A stretch of 36,552 bases of DNA from NCBI GenBank assembly GCA_964627735.1, contig CAZVIC010000002.1, positions 1 through 36,552 on the forward strand, read 5' to 3'. Source of the stretch: an uncultured Planctomycetia bacterium (GTDB lineage Bacteria; Omnitrophota; Gorgyraeia; Kaelpiales; Kaelpiaceae). Both the position numbers and the translations under genes were made by a program. The notes under the pieces are model-generated. The model was not told the DNA's origin, searched no databases, and saw only the letters and a list, made by a program, of their open reading frames with translations. Below, piece by piece: positions 8,813-17,743 of the stretch. Each line of letters starts with the position of its first letter. The stretch's first letter is position 1.

Positions 8813-9901
8813 ATGAAAAAGATATTTATTGCTGCTACAAATCAAAACGGGGGTAAGACTACTGTTGCTCTAGGCCTTCTTCTTAACCTAAAAAACCATT
8901 TTAAGAAAATAGGATTTATAAAACCGATAGGACAGAGATATCTTTTTGAAGAAGGTTACCAGGTAGATGAAGATTCTGTCTTAATAGAGAAGGTATTCAA
9001 ATTTACGTTTCCTTTAAAAATTCTTAATCCAATTGCGGTTGAAAGAGGATTTACTGAGAGATATATTGAAAATCCTTACCCAGCCGAAATTACATCTAAG
9101 ATAGTAGATTCTTATAAAGAGATTGCAGCTTCTTCCGATCTTGTGATTATTGAAGGAACCGGTCATGCAGGTGTTGGTTCTGTCTTCGACCATTCCAATG
9201 CTCGTGTTGCTAAAATTTTAGATGCAAAAGTTTTAATAGTATCATCTGGAGGGGTAGGTAAGCCTGTGGATGAGATTGTTCTCAATAAAGCTCTCTTTGA
9301 TAAAGAAGGGGCAGATGTTATCGGTGCTGTTGTGAATAAAGTTTTAAAGGAGAAGTACGATAGGATATCATCTTTGGTAAGCAAGGGTTTAAAAAGACTT
9401 GGAGTTGATGAATTAGGTACTATACCTTATAATCCGATACTCTCTGCACCTACGATTGACCAGATATCTGATGAGATGGGACTCAATTTTGTATCTTCTA
9501 AGGATAAGGTGGAAAACATTGTAGAGAAGGTCATAGTAGCGGCTATGGAGCCTCAGGATGCATTTAGATATATAGGTAGAAATACTCTTATAATAACTCC
9601 AGGAGATAGGGAGGATATAATTAGTGCTGCGATTAGATATTGTTCAATCCCTGATACAAATGACTATAGTATTGCAGGGATACTATTGACCGGAGGTATT
9701 TTGCCAAGCAAGAAAGTTTTAAACAAAATAGAGAAAGTTGGAATACCACTTCTTGCTTCAAAAGATGATACTTATACAGTTGCATCTACTATACATGGAT
9801 TGAATGTTAAGTTAAGGTCAACTGATTATGAAAAGATAAGGTTAGTAAAAGAGATTGTCGGTAGGTATGTAGACGTAGAAAAGATTCTCAATTCTATTTA
9901 A
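8813..9901 (+). CDS. BioD-like P-loop plus DRTGG domain protein (like the Pta N-terminal regulatory region, no PTA_PTB catalytic domain)
   Basis: N-terminal IAATNQNGGKTTV P-loop and a C-terminal LIITPGDREDII ... LLTGG segment typical of the DRTGG domain. Confidence 0.7.
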   Translation: MKKIFIAATNQNGGKTTVALGLLLNLKNHFKKIGFIKPIGQRYLFEEGYQVDEDSVLIEKVFKFTFPLKILNPIAVERGFTERYIENPYPAEITSKIVDSYKEIAASSDLVIIEGTGHAGVGSVFDHSNARVAKILDAKVLIVSSGGVGKPVDEIVLNKALFDKEGADVIGAVVNKVLKEKYDRISSLVSKGLKRLGVDELGTIPYNPILSAPTIDQISDEMGLNFVSSKDKVENIVEKVIVAAMEPQDAFRYIGRNTLIITPGDREDIISAAIRYCSIPDTNDYSIAGILLTGGILPSKKVLNKIEKVGIPLLASKDDTYTVASTIHGLNVKLRSTDYEKIRLVKEIVGRYVDVEKILNSI

Positions 9902-9907
9902 ATTCAA

Positions 9908-10924
9908 TTGAAAGATTTAAAATTAAGATCTTACATTAAAAGGTTATTTTTTTTAAGTATAACTTTTTCGGTTATATCTTTTGTAGCAAGTTCTGAAGTG
10001 CTATTTCAGCGTGGGTCTGTTATGTCTACCTATTATATGGTTAAGATTGATGATGATAGGCATCTTTATCTTTTTGATGATATTGCCAAAGAGCTTCTGA
10101 GGCTAGAAGATAAGTTTAGTGATTATAGCCAGGAGAGTGAACTCTATTATTTGAATAATTATGGGAGAAATGGTTATTTCAAGGTATCAGAAGAGATGCT
10201 AATTGTTATTAGAGATGCTATTGATATAGCCCGTGAATCAGGAGGTTGTTTTGATCCTACTGTTGGACCATTACTTGAGCTTTGGGGTTTTAAAGATAAA
10301 AGACTTTTTCTGCCTAAAAAAAAGGAAGTCCAGAATATTTTAGTCTATTTGGGGTGGGAAAAGATTGAGATTTCAGCCAACAATGCAATAAGGTTTAAAA
10401 ATGATAAAGTAAGCCTTGATCTTGGCGGAATAGCAAAAGGTTATGCTATAGACTGTGTGGTAGCTTTGCTTAGATCTGGTGGAGTTGAGAATGCTATAGT
10501 TGAAATAGGAGGAGATGTTTACTGTCTGGGTTCTGGTTTAGATGGAGCTGGTTGGAGAGTAGGCGTTCAGGATCCTAAAAAACCTGACAATCTTATTGCA
10601 AAGATAGATATTAAAGACTCTGCTGTTGCAACTTCTGGTAACTACGAAAGATTTTTTGATTATAAAGGCGAGCGATTCTCTCATATAATAGATCCCAGAA
10701 GCGGTTTTCCTGTAAAAGGAGATCTTTTAAGCGTAACTGTTGTAGCCTCTAGAGCTATTGATGCAGATGGTTGGGCAACAGCCCTATTTGTACTGGGTCT
10801 TGATGAGGGGAAGAAGCTTGTTGAAAGTAAAGACAATATTGAGGCTATATTTGTATTTCAAATAGAAGGTGGTTATGATATCTGGATATCTTCTGGATTG
10901 ATCGAAAAAGTGGAGGTTTTATGA
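9908..10924 (+). CDS. apbE: FAD:protein FMN transferase (ApbE family), membrane/periplasm-facing
   Basis: Motifs DPTVGPL, GGIAKGYA, ATSGNYERF and SHIIDPRSG. N-terminal hydrophobic anchor. TTG start. Confidence 0.85.
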   Translation: MKDLKLRSYIKRLFFLSITFSVISFVASSEVLFQRGSVMSTYYMVKIDDDRHLYLFDDIAKELLRLEDKFSDYSQESELYYLNNYGRNGYFKVSEEMLIVIRDAIDIARESGGCFDPTVGPLLELWGFKDKRLFLPKKKEVQNILVYLGWEKIEISANNAIRFKNDKVSLDLGGIAKGYAIDCVVALLRSGGVENAIVEIGGDVYCLGSGLDGAGWRVGVQDPKKPDNLIAKIDIKDSAVATSGNYERFFDYKGERFSHIIDPRSGFPVKGDLLSVTVVASRAIDADGWATALFVLGLDEGKKLVESKDNIEAIFVFQIEGGYDIWISSGLIEKVEVL

Positions 10925-11562
10925 AGGCAGTGTCGCTTAAAGAGGCTAAGCAGATTGATAATTGCGCTATATATAAAATTGGAGTGCCCAGAATTGCCCT
11001 CATGGAGAATGCTGGTAGAGGCGTTGCAGAAGTTCTATTGAAAAGAATAAAAATATCAGGTTCTGTTATTGTTGTTTCAGGGTCAGGTTATAACGGCGGT
11101 GATGGTTTGGTTGCAGCTAGACATCTACATATTAATGGCTTAAAAGTGAAGACATTTTTAGTGGCTGATATATGTAGGTTAAAAGACGAAACATTAATAC
11201 AGTTAAGAGTTCTTGAGGGTTTAGGATTAAAAATTAGAAGTATAGAAAAAATTTCTGATATTAAGTGCTTAAGATCTGAAATTTCAAATTCTGATATTTT
11301 AATAGATGCTTTGATGGGGATAGGTGTTAATGGTGATATTAGGGAGCCTCAGAAAAGTATAATCGAATCAATAAGCAGGTCTAAGATAGATGTTCTCTCT
11401 GTAGATATCCCTTCAGGGTTAGATGCTGATTCTGGAGAAGTAAGGACTGTAGCGATTAAAGCAAATTGGACAGTTACATTTAAAGAGGTCAAGAGAGGCA
11501 TGTTCTCTAATGAAGGAAGACATTATTGTGGAAAAGTCTATAAAAGAGGTATTGGGATCTAA
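10921..11562 (+). CDS. NAD(P)H-hydrate epimerase (YjeF N-terminal domain only)
   Basis: SGSGYNGGDGLVAARHL and DALMGIG ... VDIPSGLDADSG motifs. ATGA overlap with apbE. Confidence 0.8.
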   Translation: MKAVSLKEAKQIDNCAIYKIGVPRIALMENAGRGVAEVLLKRIKISGSVIVVSGSGYNGGDGLVAARHLHINGLKVKTFLVADICRLKDETLIQLRVLEGLGLKIRSIEKISDIKCLRSEISNSDILIDALMGIGVNGDIREPQKSIIESISRSKIDVLSVDIPSGLDADSGEVRTVAIKANWTVTFKEVKRGMFSNEGRHYCGKVYKRGIGI

Positions 11563-11568
11563 GAGAGG

Positions 11569-11598
11569 TTGTTATTTTTAGTCTAAACCGTTTATAAT
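11569..11598 (+). promoter_or_regulatory. Candidate sigma70-type promoter TTGTTA-18-TATAAT, 7 nt upstream of the ATG (leaderless candidate)
   Basis: TTGTTA 11569-11574 and TATAAT 11593-11598, with ATG at 11606. No SD lies in between. Confidence 0.4.
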
Positions 11599-11605
11599 AG
11601 ATACT

Positions 11606-12226
11606 ATGCAGAAATTACAATATTTTGATCCTATAAGTATAGATTCTCCACGGGATTTTGTTTACAAGCGATTGGGCTCTAGGCCGAATATGAATGTAGC
11701 CTCTAACCAGATTGAAGAGTTTGATGGTTATATTCAGGAGGGACTTTCTAAGTTGGAGCTCAAAGGAGCCTACCTGAGACTTTCGGTTAAAAAAACCATT
11801 AATTCGGTAGTTGAATTTGAAAATGGACTCAGTATTAAGAGTGATCTTCTATCTTCTCTTTTAGGTAATTACAGAGAAGCTCTCTTTATGGCTGCGACTG
11901 CCGGAGAGGGTATAATGGATGAGATTAAAATTGCCCAGGATGAGAATATGACTAAAGCTGTTGTCTTAGATGCTTTGGCATCTGAGTCTGTAGAACTTTC
12001 CTTAGAGTGGATACAGAGGTTTTTAAACAGAGAACTTTTAAGGGACAAGAGGCGTCTTGTTCTAAGGCGTATCTCCTGTGGTTATGGTGATTTTAAGATA
12101 GAATATCAAAACGAGATATATCGTCTAATGAATCTTATGAGGCTTAATATAAAGATGAATGATTATTTCCAGTTGATACCGGAAAAATCAGTAACAGCAG
12201 TTACTGCTATAGAGGATATTGATTAG
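11606..12226 (+). CDS. Stand-alone methionine synthase reactivation (AdoMet-binding, Met_synt_B12-like) domain protein
   Basis: RRISCGYGDF fits the RxxxGY AdoMet-binding motif, and LIPEKSVTAV lies near the C-terminus. It sits immediately upstream of a MetH that lacks this domain. Confidence 0.7.
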   Translation: MQKLQYFDPISIDSPRDFVYKRLGSRPNMNVASNQIEEFDGYIQEGLSKLELKGAYLRLSVKKTINSVVEFENGLSIKSDLLSSLLGNYREALFMAATAGEGIMDEIKIAQDENMTKAVVLDALASESVELSLEWIQRFLNRELLRDKRRLVLRRISCGYGDFKIEYQNEIYRLMNLMRLNIKMNDYFQLIPEKSVTAVTAIEDID

Positions 12227-12232
12227 AAGAGC

Positions 12233-14638
12233 ATGAAAATAGAGAGTATTTTAAAAAGAAGAGCACTCATTCTTGATGGTGCCTGCGGTACATCTTTGCA
12301 TGACATGGGTATGCCTCCTGGAGTTTTGCCTGAACTCTGGTGTTTAAAAAATAAAGATATTTTGCGTAAGCTCCACAGGAATTATATAGATGCTGGTTCT
12401 GATGTTATCTATAGCGCTACTTTTGGAGCTAATCGAGTAAAGCTTGGAGATAAAAAAGTTGATATTGTAGGGTTAAATAAGGAACTTGCTCTTATTGCAA
12501 AAGAAGTTGCTGGTTCTAGTGAAGTTCTTGTTGCAGGCGATATCAGTTCTACTGGAAAGTTTGTTAAACCATTTGGAGAGCTTGATTTTGATCAAGCGGT
12601 TGATATTTTTAAAGAGCAGATTAAAGGTTTACTCAAGGCCAATGTTGATCTCTTTGCAATAGAGACGATGATGGATATTCAGGAAGCGCGGGCAGCATTG
12701 ATAGCCGTGCGTGAAATGAGTGATAAATTTACTATTGTTACTATGAGCTACGAGAAGTCTGGTCGAACATTAAATGGGACCGATCCGTTAAGTGCTCTTA
12801 TTACCTTAGAGAGTTTGGGAGCCTCTGCTGTAGGGGCTAACTGTTCTAGTGGCCCCATGGACATGAAGAACATTATATTAAAGATGAGAGATCATGCCAG
12901 AGTTCCTCTTGTTGCAAAGCCTAATGCTGGAATGCCTAAAATTGTAAAAGGCAAGACTTGTTTTGATATGCCAGAAGGTAGATTTGCTAAGGCTGGAAAG
13001 AGTCTTATTTTATCTGGAGTTAGTATTATAGGAGGGTGTTGCGGGACAACAGATAAGCATATAGCGGCTTTAAAAAGAGAATTAAAAGGCTTAAAGCCAG
13101 CCTCTAAGAAGTTGAAACAGTATAGTGCTTTAAGTTCTGCTACTTCCAGTTTGATCTTCAATAAAGACTCCTCCTTAATAACAATTGGAGAGAAGATCAA
13201 TCCTAGTGGTAAAAAGATATTGCAAAAGTCAATCTTAGACAAGAATTATTCTGTTATAAGAAAACTTGCCAGAGAACAAGAGTCTCATGGTGCAAATCTT
13301 TTAGATTTAAATGTATCTGTTCTAGGTGCTAACGAGAAGGATTCCATGCTTAGTGCAATATCAGCTTTGGCAGTTAGCTCAAAGCTTCCTCTAGTGATTG
13401 ACTCTTCAAATCCTTCTGTGATTGAGGCTGCCTTAAGATTCTATCCTGGTCGCGCCATGATTAACTCTATATCTGGTGAGAGTGAAAAGTTTAAAAAACT
13501 TCTACCGGTTGTTAAAAAATACGGAGCTATGTTTATACTATTGCCTTTGACTTCAACTGGTATTCCTAGGTCCTTTCAGAAAAGAAAAGAGGTAATAGAT
13601 GGGTTGATCAAAAAAATAAAAAAGTTTGGAATAAAAAAAGAGAGCATGGCTGTTGATGGTATTGCTTTAGCTGTTTCATCAGAGCCTGAAGCAGGAGTTG
13701 ATTTACTTAAGACTATTAGGTATTTAAGTAAAGACTTAAAGATGAATACAGTTATAGGTCTATCCAATATATCTTTTGGATTTCCTAGGCGAGATATTAT
13801 AAACAAGACTTTTCTATCCTTGGCAAAGGAGAGAGGTTTAAATATTGCTATTTTAGATCCTTACAAAATTAAAAATAGCGTTACGAATCTATCTGCTAAG
13901 AGACTTCTTTTGGCTGAAGATAGAGGGGGTAGAGACTTTATAAAACGGTTCTCTGGTTCTACCGCTATAAAGCGTTCTGTTAAATCGGAAAATAGAGAGT
14001 TAGATTCCGTTGGTCTTGTTAAAAATAAGATATCTAGAGCTATCATTGATGGGGATAGGGACTTGATATCTGATTTGATAAAATCTGCGTTAACTAAAGA
14101 TATAGCAGCTATAGATATTGTAAATGAGATAATGATTCCTTCAATTGGTGTTGTAGGCGAAAGATTTGATAGTAAAGAGTGTTTTTTACCCCAGTTGATA
14201 TCCAGTGCTGAGGTTGTTAAGAGAGCATTCTCTATATTAGAGCCTTATCTTAAGGAGAGTAGCGATAAGAGAAGGGCTTTGGTTATGTTGGCTACTGTTG
14301 AAGGTGATATCCATGATATTGGAAAAAATATAGTAGCACTCATAATGAGTAATTATGGTTTTAGCGTGGTTGATTTAGGTAAAGATATTTCGGCTAAAAG
14401 TATAGTAAGAGAGATAAAAAAGTATAAGCCTGATATTGTAGGGCTTTCTGCTTTAATGACTACTACAATGGTCAATATGGAGAAGATTTTAGATTTAGTT
14501 CGCAAGGAGAAGATCAAGGTTGAATTTATGCTTGGAGGTGCTGTCGTGACAGATGGTTATGCAAAAAGTCTTAAGGCTTATTATGCAAAAGATGCTATCG
14601 AAGCAGTGAGAGTTGCAAAGAAGATTTTATCTAAATAA
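12233..14638 (+). CDS. metH: Cobalamin-dependent methionine synthase core (Hcy-binding, pterin-binding, B12 cap and B12-binding domains)
   Basis: Zinc cysteines GANCSSGP and GGCCGTT, pterin-domain segments (INPSGKK, GLSNISFG), and the B12 ligand motif GDIHDIGKNIV (DxHxxG) with SALMTTT and GGA. Confidence 0.92.
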   Translation: MKIESILKRRALILDGACGTSLHDMGMPPGVLPELWCLKNKDILRKLHRNYIDAGSDVIYSATFGANRVKLGDKKVDIVGLNKELALIAKEVAGSSEVLVAGDISSTGKFVKPFGELDFDQAVDIFKEQIKGLLKANVDLFAIETMMDIQEARAALIAVREMSDKFTIVTMSYEKSGRTLNGTDPLSALITLESLGASAVGANCSSGPMDMKNIILKMRDHARVPLVAKPNAGMPKIVKGKTCFDMPEGRFAKAGKSLILSGVSIIGGCCGTTDKHIAALKRELKGLKPASKKLKQYSALSSATSSLIFNKDSSLITIGEKINPSGKKILQKSILDKNYSVIRKLAREQESHGANLLDLNVSVLGANEKDSMLSAISALAVSSKLPLVIDSSNPSVIEAALRFYPGRAMINSISGESEKFKKLLPVVKKYGAMFILLPLTSTGIPRSFQKRKEVIDGLIKKIKKFGIKKESMAVDGIALAVSSEPEAGVDLLKTIRYLSKDLKMNTVIGLSNISFGFPRRDIINKTFLSLAKERGLNIAILDPYKIKNSVTNLSAKRLLLAEDRGGRDFIKRFSGSTAIKRSVKSENRELDSVGLVKNKISRAIIDGDRDLISDLIKSALTKDIAAIDIVNEIMIPSIGVVGERFDSKECFLPQLISSAEVVKRAFSILEPYLKESSDKRRALVMLATVEGDIHDIGKNIVALIMSNYGFSVVDLGKDISAKSIVREIKKYKPDIVGLSALMTTTMVNMEKILDLVRKEKIKVEFMLGGAVVTDGYAKSLKAYYAKDAIEAVRVAKKILSK

Positions 14639-14654
14639 GTAAGCTCTAATTGTC

Positions 14655-14684
14655 TTGTATTAATCCTGAGTCTATTGATATAAT
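14655..14684 (+). promoter_or_regulatory. Candidate promoter TTGTAT-18-TGaTATAAT (extended -10)
   Basis: Located in the 58-nt gap after metH. It is followed by SD AAGGAG (14705-14710) and ATG 14717. Confidence 0.4.
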
Positions 14685-14716
14685 AAAAAAGAATTTTGGA
14701 ATCAAAGGAGTTCTTA

Positions 14717-14971
14717 ATGGAAAATATTGAGATTAAAGTTCCTGAAACTGAAGGTGTGGATAGTTTTACCGTTACGTTTTTGTATCACAAAGAGGGAGAT
14801 ATAGTAGTTGAAGGTGAAGACTTGTTTGAGCTTGCTACAGAGAAGACCACTTTTAATATTACAGCTCCTTCTTCAGGAAAGATTGTTAAATTAAAATATC
14901 CAGAAGGAAGTCTGGTCAAACCCGGCGATCTGGTAGCTATTTTAGAAAAAAGTGAGGTGAAAGATGAATGA
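14717..14971 (+). CDS. Stand-alone lipoyl/biotinyl-attachment-like domain protein (84 aa)
   Basis: EGDIVVEGEDLFELATEKTTFNITAPSSGKIVKLKYPEGSLVKPGDLVAIL fits the lipoyl-domain pattern, with EK in place of the usual DK. I prefer ATG 14717 (good SD) over the listed TTG 14696. Confidence 0.7.
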   Translation: MENIEIKVPETEGVDSFTVTFLYHKEGDIVVEGEDLFELATEKTTFNITAPSSGKIVKLKYPEGSLVKPGDLVAILEKSEVKDE

Positions 14972-15446
14972 GATTTTAAACTTACTGAAAAATAATGCTA
15001 AGTTATCTTCAGAGGATATTGCAAAGGTACTTAAATGTAAGGCCTCTTCGGTTAAGAGTGATATCAAGAAATTAGAGAAGAATAAGGTTATACTTGGCTA
15101 TAAGGCTATAGTAAATGAGGATAAAGTAAAAGGTCTTAAACCTGTTAGGGCTATTGTTGAGGTCAAAGTAACACCTAAGAGGAATCTTGGTTTTGATTAT
15201 ATTGCAGAGAGGATTTATAGGTTTCCAGAGGTTAAGACCTGTTATCTTGTCTCAGGGACTTATGAGCTTCTTTTAATGCTTGAAGGTGAGGATATCCGCA
15301 AGGTTTCTCAGTTTATTGCCGAAAAACTTGCTCCGCTAGAAGGAGTAAAAGGGACTGTTACTCATTTCTTTCTCAAAAAGTATAAAGAGGAAGGAGTGAT
15401 TTTTGAATCTAAAGGCGGTAATCATAGAAAGAATATCACTTTATGA
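14964..15446 (+). CDS. Lrp/AsnC-family transcriptional regulator
   Basis: N-terminal wHTH (LSSEDIAKVLKCKASSVKSDIKKLEKNKVILGY) and a C-terminal RAM/AsnC_trans_reg-like domain. About 160 aa. Confidence 0.85.
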   Translation: MNEILNLLKNNAKLSSEDIAKVLKCKASSVKSDIKKLEKNKVILGYKAIVNEDKVKGLKPVRAIVEVKVTPKRNLGFDYIAERIYRFPEVKTCYLVSGTYELLLMLEGEDIRKVSQFIAEKLAPLEGVKGTVTHFFLKKYKEEGVIFESKGGNHRKNITL

Positions 15447-16600
15447 GTATAGATATATCTAAAAAGCTGGAATCTATTCCGCCGTCTGGGATAAGAGAGT
15501 TTTTTGACCTTGTTCTTGGCATGGAGGATATAATATCTCTAGGAATAGGTGAGCCTGATTTTGTGACACCATGGAATATAACAGAGGCAGGTATCTATGC
15601 TCTTGAGAAAGGGTATACCTCTTATACTTCAAATCAGGGGATGGAATCCTTAAGGGTTGATATTTCAAACCATCTTAAAAAGAAGTACAAGCTTTCCTAT
15701 AACCATGAAAATGAGATATTGATTACTGTTGGAACATCTGAAGGTTATGATCTAGCTTTAAGAGCGCTTGTAAATCCTGGAGATGAAGTTCTTGTTCCTG
15801 AGCCCTCTTATGTCTCTTATTTTCAGGTTGCAAAGCTTGTTGGCGCAAAGCCTAAGTATATAGATACAACTAAGAGTGGTTTTAAGATAACTCCTCGCTT
15901 ATTGAAGGATTCTATTTCCAAAAAGACAAAAATGTTAGTCTTAAACTATCCTGCTAATCCTACTGGGGTTAGTTATAAAAGGTCAGAGCTAAGAGAGCTT
16001 GCACAGATAATAAAAAAACATAATTTGATAGTTCTATCCGATGAGATCTATGGTGATTTAACATACGATTTTAAGCATACTCCTTTTTCAGCTCTTCCTG
16101 GAATGAAAGAGAGGACAGTATACATAAACGGTTTCTCTAAAGCTTATGCCATGACAGGTTGGCGTATAGGTTATGCTTGTGGACCTAGAAAAATAATTGA
16201 GGCTATGACTAAGATTCATCAATATACAATGCTCTGTGCTCCTATAATGTCTCAGATGGCAGCTTCTGAAGCTCTCTTAAAGGGAGAGAATGCTTTAAGA
16301 GATATGAAAAGAGAGTACCTAAGAAGAAGAAACTATGTCATGGAAAGGCTGACTGAGATTGGGTTTGATTTTCCTTATCCAGACGGCGCTTTCTATATAT
16401 TCGCTTCTCTTAAAGAAGGCAGTTTTGATGGTAAGAAATTTTCCTACAATCTTATTAAAGAGAAGAGCGTTGCGGTTGTTCCCGGAGTTGCTTTTGGAAG
16501 ATCGAAGAACAATAAGTGTTATATAAGAATATGCTATACTGCTGAATTCGATAAGCTTAAAGAAGCTTTAGATAGAATTGAGCAGTTTCTTAAGGAGTAG
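15443..16600 (+). CDS. Class I/II PLP-dependent aminotransferase (aspartate/aromatic type)
   Basis: NYPANPTG, the PLP-lysine motif NGFSKAYAMTGWRIGY and a C-terminal RICY segment. ATGA overlap with the AsnC gene. Confidence 0.9.
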   Translation: MSIDISKKLESIPPSGIREFFDLVLGMEDIISLGIGEPDFVTPWNITEAGIYALEKGYTSYTSNQGMESLRVDISNHLKKKYKLSYNHENEILITVGTSEGYDLALRALVNPGDEVLVPEPSYVSYFQVAKLVGAKPKYIDTTKSGFKITPRLLKDSISKKTKMLVLNYPANPTGVSYKRSELRELAQIIKKHNLIVLSDEIYGDLTYDFKHTPFSALPGMKERTVYINGFSKAYAMTGWRIGYACGPRKIIEAMTKIHQYTMLCAPIMSQMAASEALLKGENALRDMKREYLRRRNYVMERLTEIGFDFPYPDGAFYIFASLKEGSFDGKKFSYNLIKEKSVAVVPGVAFGRSKNNKCYIRICYTAEFDKLKEALDRIEQFLKE

Positions 16601-16606
16601 AAAGAT

Positions 16607-17743
16607 TTGAGTAGCCCTCGTCGTATTCTTATTCTCTACATAACTAATAAGTCTGGCCATCATCATGCTGCATTGGCATTACAAGAAGCTATAATCAAAT
16701 TGGATAGTAGTATAGAAGTTAATTGCGTCGATGCTTTTAATTATACCAATCCTGTACTCAACAAGATCACTCATACTACTTATCTACAGATCATAAGAAG
16801 AAGGCCGGAGGTTTGGGAGTATCTCTATGATAATCCTGACGTAGTTAGGCGTTCTCAGAACCTTAAAAAGATGATTCACAAATATAGTTCTAGAAAACTT
16901 ATCAATCTTTTTACGGAGTTTAATCCTGATATTGTTGTCTGTACTCAGGCATTTCCTTGCGGCATGGTTGCAGACTTAAAAAAACATGGGAAGATAGATA
17001 TTCCTATTGCAGGTGTAACTACAGATTACGTGACCCACTCTTTCTGGTATTACGATAGCGTAGATTCTTACATTGTATCTGATGAGTCCACAAAAGCTAG
17101 GATGGTTAAAAACGGCATAAAAAAAGAGCGGGTTAAAATTTATGGTATACCTATTTCACCTCGATTTGTGGGTCTAGTCGATAGAGATAGTGTTTTTAAA
17201 GAGCTAGGCTTAGAGCCAGATCTACCAGTCGTAGTCGTTATGGGTGGTGGTAGAGGTTTAGGAAAAATAAAGCAGGTTGTGTACTCTCTTTCTAAGGTTG
17301 AAAAGAGATTTCAAATAGTTGCTATCTGTGGTGTAAATAAGAAGCTTCATCGATATTTTAAGGCAAAATCAAAGCGGTTAAATAAGATCAAGCCATTTAA
17401 AGTCTTTGATTATGTTGAAAATATGGATCGGGTTATGTCTATTGCTGATATATTAATATCTAAGCCTGGGGGTATAACTACTGCCGAAGCTTTGGCTAAG
17501 GGGCTACCAATGATAATATTCAATCCAATACCTGGTCAGGAGATAAGCAATACAGAGTTTTTACTGAAAAGTGGCGCAGCAATAAGATGCGATCGGATAG
17601 CAGATATAGGTATTCTTGTTGAAGAGCTACTTCAGTCAGACAATAAGCTTTCTATTATGTCGGATTCAGCTAAAAGTGCAGGATTTCCAGACTCTTCTTT
17701 AAAGATTTCAAAGGAGATACTCAATCTAATAGGATATGCTTAA
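16607..17743 (+). CDS. GT28-family diacylglycerol glycosyltransferase (UgtP / MGDG-synthase-like)
   Basis: It aligns by eye with Bacillus UgtP: N-terminal ILILYITNKSGHHHAA, then ISKPGGITTAEA and PIPGQEISNTEF. TTG start. Confidence 0.8.
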   Translation: MSSPRRILILYITNKSGHHHAALALQEAIIKLDSSIEVNCVDAFNYTNPVLNKITHTTYLQIIRRRPEVWEYLYDNPDVVRRSQNLKKMIHKYSSRKLINLFTEFNPDIVVCTQAFPCGMVADLKKHGKIDIPIAGVTTDYVTHSFWYYDSVDSYIVSDESTKARMVKNGIKKERVKIYGIPISPRFVGLVDRDSVFKELGLEPDLPVVVVMGGGRGLGKIKQVVYSLSKVEKRFQIVAICGVNKKLHRYFKAKSKRLNKIKPFKVFDYVENMDRVMSIADILISKPGGITTAEALAKGLPMIIFNPIPGQEISNTEFLLKSGAAIRCDRIADIGILVEELLQSDNKLSIMSDSAKSAGFPDSSLKISKEILNLIGYA

